DNA from: a bacterium
GTDB taxonomy: Bacteria; Patescibacteriota; Patescibacteriia; JAHIZJ01
NCBI GenBank assembly: GCA_030699685.1
Contig: JAUYLJ010000054.1
Coordinates: forward strand, 309-64,308
DNA: 64,000 nt
Direction: 5' to 3'
Position 1 is the first letter of the stretch, and each line of letters opens with the position of its first letter. Below are positions 57,456 through 64,000 of the stretch, one piece after another. The notes beneath the pieces are model-generated. The model had not been told where the DNA came from, made no database searches, and saw nothing but the letters and a program-made list of their open reading frames with translations. The position numbers and the translations under genes are program-made.

Positions 57456-57971
57456 ATGGCTATCTTCGATCTCATACTGCTGATTTTCCTTGGTGGCTTT
57501 ATCGTACTTGGCTTTTTTACGGGTCTGTTTCAGTCGGCCGGAGCGATCATGGGATTGCTGGTCGGGTACTGGTTTGCCAGCCGCTATTATCAGTCGCTCG
57601 GAGATTTCTTTGAGCCGATACTTTTCGGGCATTCGGGACTGTCGAACTTGATCGCTTTTGTCTTTATTCTGATGCTGGTCGTCCATCTGATCGGATTGAT
57701 GGTTTGGTTTTTTGCGAAGACGATGAAAATCTTGGAAAAGCATCCGTATTACCACCTGCTAAACCGGCTCGGAGGGGCGGTGCTGGGATTCGTCGAAGGG
57801 CTGTTTGTCATCGGAATCGTGCTGGTGGCGATAGAACAGATATCGCTTACTCCGGCGTTGGTTTCGGCGATGGCAAATTCCGCCTTGGCTCCTATATTTC
57901 TCCAGACAGCCGGACTGCTGGATTTTGTTTTGCCGGCGGCCTATTATGCTTTTGAGACTTTTGGGCCATGA
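57456..57971 (+). CDS. cvpA: CvpA-family membrane protein
   Basis: 171 aa, 4 TM, N-terminal IFDLILLIFLGGFIVLGFFTGLF typical of CvpA. Confidence 0.65.
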   Translation: MAIFDLILLIFLGGFIVLGFFTGLFQSAGAIMGLLVGYWFASRYYQSLGDFFEPILFGHSGLSNLIAFVFILMLVVHLIGLMVWFFAKTMKILEKHPYYHLLNRLGGAVLGFVEGLFVIGIVLVAIEQISLTPALVSAMANSALAPIFLQTAGLLDFVLPAAYYAFETFGP

Positions 57972-58756
57972 GGTTGATAGACTCGCACGCGCATTTGAAT
58001 TTTCGAGGTTTCCGAAAGAACCGGGAAGAGGTGATCGCTCAATGCATCGAGAGCGATATTCGCGTAGTCAACCCAAGTTCGCAGCTGACTACAAGTGAAG
58101 CGGCGGTAGAGCTGGCAAAGAAATACCCGGACTGGATGTACGCGGCTGTGGGATTTCACCCAGTCCATATCGGCGAACAGGAATACCGGCTGGGAGATTT
58201 TGACCGGCTGATCGCAAACAATCCACTTCTGGTACGGGCGATTGGTGAGATAGGTTTGGATTACTACCGTCTTCCGGAAAATGCCTCCAAGGCGCGGGAA
58301 ATCGTCGCTGACCAAAAGATCGCCTTTCGGGAACTTTTAGGCCTTTGCTTGCAATATGACAAAGCCGCCATTATTCATTGTCGGGAAGCCTACGACGATC
58401 TGGCTGATGAAACAGCCGATCATTTTGAAAAAGGCCGGGGTGTTATCCATTGCTATCTCGGGAACCGCGCTCAGGCACGACGTTTTCTGGACCAGGGATT
58501 TCTGCTCGGTTTTACTGGCATTATCACCTTCACTGACGATGAAGAGCTTATTCAGGTGATACGTGAAACGCCTCTTGATCGCGTGCTGGTTGAAACTGAC
58601 TCACCATATTTGGCGCCAGAGCCTGTCCGCCGGACAAAAAATACCCCGCTTAATCTGCATTATGTAGTGGCAAAGATCGCGGAAGTGAAACAGTTGCCCG
58701 TCGAAGAAGTAGCTCGAGCAACAGTAGAGAATGCCGAGAAGTTGTTTAGCCTGTAG
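57968..58756 (+). CDS. tatD: TatD-family metal-dependent hydrolase/DNase
   Basis: DSHAHL, IGEIGLDY, HCR and ETDSPYL motifs. Confidence 0.9.
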   Translation: MRLIDSHAHLNFRGFRKNREEVIAQCIESDIRVVNPSSQLTTSEAAVELAKKYPDWMYAAVGFHPVHIGEQEYRLGDFDRLIANNPLLVRAIGEIGLDYYRLPENASKAREIVADQKIAFRELLGLCLQYDKAAIIHCREAYDDLADETADHFEKGRGVIHCYLGNRAQARRFLDQGFLLGFTGIITFTDDEELIQVIRETPLDRVLVETDSPYLAPEPVRRTKNTPLNLHYVVAKIAEVKQLPVEEVARATVENAEKLFSL

Positions 58757-58902
58757 TCAAAAATATCCATGTTTGTAGCAACCAAGATGGCTCTGGGTAA
58801 CACCTTGAGCGTTTTCAGAAAATTTCGTGCCACTAGTTATGGCAATCCTTGTCATCACCGCCCAGAGCGAATTGGCGTGCCGGGCGATTAAAAAAACCAC
58901 TC

Positions 58903-59244
58903 CTATGAGGGAGCGGTACTGACAATGATCAAGACGCCATCGCGAAGAAGAAGCTGACGCTTGAGGTCGGAGTCAATGTTGGTTTCAACGACGCGAGCCC
59001 GGACGAAATCTCGGTCAAAGATCACGCTGGCTGGCTTCACCCCTGGACTCGACTTCAAGAAATCCCTGACCTTCTCAGCGTCTTCAGCCGGATTGTCGCC
59101 GGCTTGGAGCCAGATGGTGGCTGTATCCAGCATTCGGTGCTGGAAGACCATCTCAGGTGCGATGTGGTCGGATGTTGTGGTTAACGACGAATATGTTCCT
59201 GCCGCGGTGAGTAGCAGGAACCCCATTAGGACAACCCCCTTCAA
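58903..59244 (-). CDS. hypothetical secreted protein
   Basis: 113 aa with signal peptide. Confidence 0.35.
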   Translation of the reverse strand: MKGVVLMGFLLLTAAGTYSSLTTTSDHIAPEMVFQHRMLDTATIWLQAGDNPAEDAEKVRDFLKSSPGVKPASVIFDRDFVRARVVETNIDSDLKRQLLLRDGVLIIVSTAPS

Positions 59245-59436
59245 GTGCTTGCTCCAATCCTTAAAATGTACGGTACATCAATCCAATTCCCTGATTGATG
59301 CTGACATCCTACACTGTTCGCTTTTTTAACGCAAACGATATTTGCACATCTTCGTGATTTTTCCCCAAGCGCGTTGACTGGAAAGCGTCATTTACAGTAG
59401 AGTAAGAATACTGATGACTCGCGGTGTATTCAAGAA

Positions 59437-59751
59437 GTGAGAGGAACCATGTACATTTTCAGCGGATTGGTCTTCGGGCTTGGTGCCGCGTTTTTTTTCT
59501 GGAACACGGCGGAGTATGCGCTGGCCTTGATTGTCGGCACTTTCATCTTCCTGCTTTGTCTGCTGACACGGAACAGGAAAGGGGTTGGGCGCGCTTTTCT
59601 CATCGCAGGGCTGACTGGTGTCGTTTTCTGGTTTGTTACCAATCCAGCGTCCGCGGCCATCTACATGGCAGTAGTCTATCTCATGACAGTGGCTTTTCAG
59701 AACATGAACTGGGAAGCCGTCTCAGACATAAACCCCTTCGATATGTACTGA
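59437..59751 (+). CDS. hypothetical small membrane protein
   Basis: 104 aa, 3 TM helices. Confidence 0.3.
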   Translation: MRGTMYIFSGLVFGLGAAFFFWNTAEYALALIVGTFIFLLCLLTRNRKGVGRAFLIAGLTGVVFWFVTNPASAAIYMAVVYLMTVAFQNMNWEAVSDINPFDMY

Positions 59752-59916
59752 GGTCGCAAAGCAGAGACCTGGAATATCTAGCCCGGATCGCAAAAGGAGG
59801 GAATTCCATTTTGAACCAGAGGCAGGCAGAAGGACCGCATAGACAATGTGGTCCTATTTTTTTCCGCTTGCCAGTGAAGATGAATGTAGTCATACTGTAC
59901 ATATCTGAATTTTTCT

Positions 59917-60987
59917 ATGTCCACACCCGTTATCATCGCTATTATCGTTCTCATGACACTGGGTTTTGCCGTGGTGATTAGCGTGCTGATTTGGCAGTTC
60001 CGGCGTTTGCAGGATGTCCAGAAGCGCGCCAGCGAAATGCAAAAAGATCCTTTTTCGCTGATCAACCAGAATATCCAGGGTATCCAGCAGCGCATGGATG
60101 AGAGCGCCCGATCCATGCAACAGGCCATGCAGAGTCAGTTTGGCCAAAGCGCGAAAATTATTCAGGACGTGACCGAACGGTTGACCAAGCTTGATGAAAC
60201 CAACAAGCAGGTGCTGAATTTTTCCGGTCAGCTGCAAAACCTCCAGGACTTGCTTAAGAACCCGAAACAGCGAGGCGCGGTCGGGGAATACTATCTTGAG
60301 ACCGTACTGAAAAATGTGCTTCCGCCTGGAAGTTATCAGATGCAGTATCCGTTCAAAGACGGCGAAATTGTCGACGCGGTCGTGAAAGTGAAAAACCTGC
60401 TTATCCCGATCGACTCGAAATTCTCGCTTGAGAATTATAACCGATTGGCTGAAACGCACGAGGAGTTGGAGCGCGAAAGGCTGGAAAAGGCTTTTGTCAA
60501 CGATTTGAAATTGCGGATCCAGGAGACTGCCAAGTATATCCGCCCGGCCGAAGGCACGATGGAGTTTGCCTTCATGTTCATCCCGTCCGAGGCAATTTAC
60601 TACGATCTGCTCATCAATAAAGTCGGCGCGGTCAAGGAAAACACCGAAAACCTGATCCAGCGCGCCGCCGGAAAATACAAGGTCATTATTGTTTCACCGA
60701 CGTCGTTTTTGGCGTATCTGCAGACGGTTCTTCAGGGTTTGCGTGCTTTGCAGATTGAAGAATCGGCCAAGGAAATCCGCAAAAACGTGGAGCAGTTAAC
60801 GCGCCATCTGGCATCGTACGAAAACCACTTCACCCGGGTGGGCAACCATCTTGGCACGACAGTCTCGGCCTATAACACGGCTCGCAAGGAATTTAGCAAA
60901 ATCGATAAGGACGTGATGAGAATTACGGGGAAAGATTCGGGAGCTGAGGGTGTATTGTTGGAGAAGCCGGAGGAGGGGGAGGGGTAG
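59917..60987 (+). CDS. rmuC: DNA recombination protein RmuC
   Basis: N-terminal TM, long coiled coil, C-terminal FAFMFIPSEAIYYDL...VIIVSPTSFLAYL nuclease-like core. Confidence 0.8.
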   Translation: MSTPVIIAIIVLMTLGFAVVISVLIWQFRRLQDVQKRASEMQKDPFSLINQNIQGIQQRMDESARSMQQAMQSQFGQSAKIIQDVTERLTKLDETNKQVLNFSGQLQNLQDLLKNPKQRGAVGEYYLETVLKNVLPPGSYQMQYPFKDGEIVDAVVKVKNLLIPIDSKFSLENYNRLAETHEELERERLEKAFVNDLKLRIQETAKYIRPAEGTMEFAFMFIPSEAIYYDLLINKVGAVKENTENLIQRAAGKYKVIIVSPTSFLAYLQTVLQGLRALQIEESAKEIRKNVEQLTRHLASYENHFTRVGNHLGTTVSAYNTARKEFSKIDKDVMRITGKDSGAEGVLLEKPEEGEG

Positions 60988-61099
60988 TAAGTAGTAGCTA
61001 GTTAATTTGTTATTGGATAATTGGTTGATTGGGCAATAGCGGGCAGTGAGCTTGGGCCAACAATTATTCGTTGGTCTACGAATGACTTAAATACATGAG

Positions 61100-61456
61100 G
61101 TGTTTATGACCAATACAAAGCAGACAACACTCAATCCCAATACCATCCGTCATCTTCAGAATTACATAGCCGCAAAGGCAGAAGAACGCGGTTTTGCTGA
61201 TGAAACATTGCATGAACGGCTGGTGTTGTTGATGGAAGAAGTGGGCGAGTTGGCCAAAGCCTGTCGCAAGGTGTCTCATATGAATGTGGATGTTAATCGT
61301 GAAATTCACAACCATGTCGGTGAGGAGATCGCTGATGTTTTGAACATGATCTTCGCCGTGGGGATTGAATTGGGAGTTGATATTGAAAGTGAATTTCTGG
61401 ACAAAGAATCCGAAGTGGATAAACGGCACTATCAGCGCGTCGAATCTCATCAATAA
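61100..61456 (+). CDS. MazG-like nucleotide pyrophosphohydrolase
   Basis: LMEEVGELAKA...EEIADVLNMIFAVG EExxE/D motifs of the all-alpha NTP-PPase fold. Confidence 0.7.
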   Translation: MFMTNTKQTTLNPNTIRHLQNYIAAKAEERGFADETLHERLVLLMEEVGELAKACRKVSHMNVDVNREIHNHVGEEIADVLNMIFAVGIELGVDIESEFLDKESEVDKRHYQRVESHQ

Positions 61457-61476
61457 CAATCGAGTCATGCCGATAG

Positions 61477-61790
61477 TAAGGATTGATTACGATAACAAGC
61501 TTGTTAAACAGGACGAAGTTGAGAAATTGGCCAGGGCAGTGAAGGCAGTGGTGGCTGATAGTACGGGCATTCCCGAGGTCTATGTTTATGCTGATTGTCA
61601 TGATGTGACCATTGATATCGCTCCCATAGAAATCTTTGTTGAAATGAGCCGGGAAAAGATACTGGATCTGGATGAGCTTTTCACCGCAACGCGAAATAAA
61701 CTTTCTAAGTGGAAGCAGAAGAATAATTTCGAGCATCCAATTTCACTGACAATCATTCCCATGAACTGGAAGTTTGAAGTTGGTATATAA
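61477..61790 (+). CDS. hypothetical protein (Met-Pro N-terminus, possible tautomerase-like)
   Basis: 104 aa starting MPIVRIDYD; function unassigned. Confidence 0.35.
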
Positions 61791-61800
61791 TATACAATCA

Positions 61801-62160
61801 ATGTTTATCAAGACCCTCCAAGACTGTCCGGAATTCACCGCCGGGGATAACACTATCCTGCGCGAGCTTTTACATCCTGACAAAGACGATCTCAAACTTC
61901 GCTACAGTCTGGCTCACGCGGTCGTCAAACCGGGAAAGACGTCCTACGCCCACAAACTCAAAAGCTCCGAAGTGTATTACATTCTCGAGGGAGAGGGGAT
62001 GATGCATATTGGCGATGAATTCGCTGCAGTCGGCTCGGGACAAGCTATCTACATTCCGCCCGATACAAAACAATATATCCAGAATACTGGCGCCAAGGAT
62101 TTGGTTTTCCTTTGCATCGTTGATCCGGCCTGGCGCAAGGAGGATGAGGAGGTGTTATGA
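61801..62160 (+). CDS. cupin-domain protein
   Basis: Conserved cupin barrel with HAVVKPGKTSYAHKL...YYILEGEGMMHIGDE...GQAIYIPPDT. Confidence 0.7.
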   Translation: MFIKTLQDCPEFTAGDNTILRELLHPDKDDLKLRYSLAHAVVKPGKTSYAHKLKSSEVYYILEGEGMMHIGDEFAAVGSGQAIYIPPDTKQYIQNTGAKDLVFLCIVDPAWRKEDEEVL

Positions 62161-62645
62161 CAGATGCCATCATTTGTTTGGGAAACACTTTTCTCAATCA
62201 GCAAAAAATTGAACAGATGAGATTGAGGACTGAAAAGTCGTCTGAGCTTTACAAAAAGCGACAACGGAAAATTATTTTCACGGGTGGGTATAGAACGCGG
62301 AAAGATCTTTCTGAAGCAAAGTTCATGGCGGATTACGCGCTGAGCCTTGGCGTTCGTCCTGAGGATCTCCTTCTAGAAGAGCAAGCCAACACGACCATCG
62401 GAAATGCCGTGTATTCTCGAAAAATCATGGAAAAGCATGGCTTGGATTCAGCCATAGTTGTCACCTCCCCCCATCATTTGAGACGCAGTAGCTTTATTTT
62501 TGAAAAGATAATGCCTGAGAAAAAACTGAGTTTCGAAAGCTGCCGAAGCAACCTGCGCTTTATTGACTATTGGCCAGCCTACTACAAAGAGATACGCTTT
62601 TTAGTAAAAATGAAAATTTTTGGTATTGACATAACAAAAACATAA
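62157..62645 (+). CDS. YdcF/ElyC/SanA (DUF218) family protein
   Basis: IIFTGGY...ANTTIGNAVYS...IVVTSPHHLRRS motifs. Confidence 0.75.
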   Translation: MTDAIICLGNTFLNQQKIEQMRLRTEKSSELYKKRQRKIIFTGGYRTRKDLSEAKFMADYALSLGVRPEDLLLEEQANTTIGNAVYSRKIMEKHGLDSAIVVTSPHHLRRSSFIFEKIMPEKKLSFESCRSNLRFIDYWPAYYKEIRFLVKMKIFGIDITKT

Positions 62646-62689
62646 CCTTTAGCTCTATTCATCAACAAACTCAGTTTTCGTCGCAGGTT

Positions 62690-63169
62690 TTACCCAAATA
62701 ACGAATAGAGATTAATTTTTTCGAGTACAGTATAGAGAAGCGCTCCCATGAAGGAGCTAGCCAGGGTGAACAATGGCCATGCGATCAACTGAGCACCCCT
62801 CTTCCCTTGGCGGTATCGTATTAATCCGGCAATGATTATCGCTGAGTCCGCCAAACCCACTAAACTGAGTAGGACGCCTACTTGCCGTATCCGGAAAGTG
62901 GGCAGCAACAACATAAGAAGAAAAGCCGCTACAATCACTCCACACGCAAACAATAGAGGTTTCCTCAAAAGGTCCTTCCATCCTTTCCCTTTTTGATACG
63001 AATGGAGCCATACGATTGCTACTACGATGTGAAGAATTGTGAGCAGTCGTATAACAGGTTCAGTTATTCCGTCTAAGCCCGATATACCTGAACCCAGGAA
63101 TATAAAAAGCAGCAGACTAATGAACATGCCTATGTAAAAAGCCATTTTTTGAATATTAATACTAAACAC
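62690..63169 (-). CDS. hypothetical membrane protein
   Basis: 159 aa, 5 TM helices. Confidence 0.4.
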   Translation of the reverse strand: MFSINIQKMAFYIGMFISLLLFIFLGSGISGLDGITEPVIRLLTILHIVVAIVWLHSYQKGKGWKDLLRKPLLFACGVIVAAFLLMLLLPTFRIRQVGVLLSLVGLADSAIIIAGLIRYRQGKRGAQLIAWPLFTLASSFMGALLYTVLEKINLYSLFG

Positions 63170-63278
63170 TACTGCATACTATACATAGTACATCAGGTTA
63201 TGCTGATATTCCAGAAACTATGGCTCAATACTTTTGTAACTTCGAAACACAATACTTGCTCTCTGCGCGTCATAGTGT

Positions 63279-63776
63279 ATGATATATGTATATATTTTAA
63301 TAATTTTGCCCATGACTACCCAGGATCTTGAAACCATCGTTACATACATAGTGGATCAAGGGTTGAAAGCGATCCACGCCAATACGGACGAACGTGACCT
63401 GCTCCTGGACTATATGGGGATCTTCACCAAGAACAATGAAGAGTATTTACAGATGGTGAGTGTGGTAAAGACTCTGGGAGTACCGGCTGACAAGGTAGCA
63501 ACGACTTCAGGAGTTACGTATATATTGAATGAGCCGATCGTGACCGTAGCCGGCTCTCTCAAAGCGCTAAAAGTGAGAAAATACGATCCAAGCAGGCTTC
63601 AGCGCGGCGCGCCGGATTTCCAGGTGGAAGACTTCCAAGCGTTTAAGGAAAAATATTTGTCTCAGGGTCATAATTTTACTCTGATGGTGAGGAAGGAATT
63701 CGAAGCGCTGGAGCTCAAAGGGGAAGACGTGTTGGTGTATTTCCCGAATATTTTGTTTGAAGAGAGACAGCGCTAG
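63279..63776 (+). CDS. hypothetical protein
   Basis: 165-aa ORF (likely start MTTQDL at 63312); no motif recognised. Confidence 0.4.
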   Translation: MIYVYILIILPMTTQDLETIVTYIVDQGLKAIHANTDERDLLLDYMGIFTKNNEEYLQMVSVVKTLGVPADKVATTSGVTYILNEPIVTVAGSLKALKVRKYDPSRLQRGAPDFQVEDFQAFKEKYLSQGHNFTLMVRKEFEALELKGEDVLVYFPNILFEERQR

Positions 63777-64000
63777 AATTGAGCATAAGCCAGGAAAAAC
63801 AACCATTTTATTTTTTTGAAGACGCAAATTGAGTTTTGACGGAATTGACCTTCGCGCGGATTTACCGATCTTCTGATAACTAGCGATGACTTGTCCTTAT
63901 AATTGGTTTCACAAAATAAGGCAGTGGAATATTGCTGAATCTGGTTATATAGTAACCACAGAAATCAAATATTTTGTTTAATATTAGCCATTATTTGACA

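Overview
This 64-kb bacterial window is densely packed with about 70 protein genes on both strands, plus one tRNA (tRNA-Asn) and a tmRNA (ssrA) lying directly downstream of smpB. Housekeeping content includes five aminoacyl-tRNA synthetases (argS, ileS, glyQS, metG and tgt), the infC-rpmI-rplT operon, recO, rmuC, tatD, rsmI and a Clp/Hsp100-type ATPase. Accessory content includes a copper-homeostasis operon (ArsR/TRASH regulator, CopA, permease with a cupredoxin domain, CopZ) and a zur-ZIP pair. There is also a UbiA prenyltransferase overlapping a GGGPS/PcrB-family gene, which is an archaeal-type ether-lipid pair. Two gene clusters may be small-molecule metabolism: PRTase-GNAT-LOG::AstE fusion, and TrpR-like regulator, AstE/AspA hydrolase and an ATP-grasp-like protein. 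The most unusual locus is an eight-gene plus-strand operon at 12.9-17.0 kb. It encodes three membrane proteins with vicinal Cys-Cys motifs, a DUF1573 protein, a membrane-anchored rhodanese and two signal-anchored paralogues that both end in the C-terminal pentapeptide QVGGC. I propose this is a SoxY/SoxV-like extracytoplasmic sulfur or thiol relay. A second notable structure is a 15-codon Asn-rich leader ORF with promoter, antiterminator and terminator immediately upstream of tRNA-Asn. Gene content (compact genes, many single-domain proteins, stand-alone response regulators, archaeal-type lipid genes) suggests an uncultivated, possibly Patescibacteria/CPR-like or FCB-group bacterium; that is inference only. 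No CRISPR array, rRNA or obvious transposase was seen.
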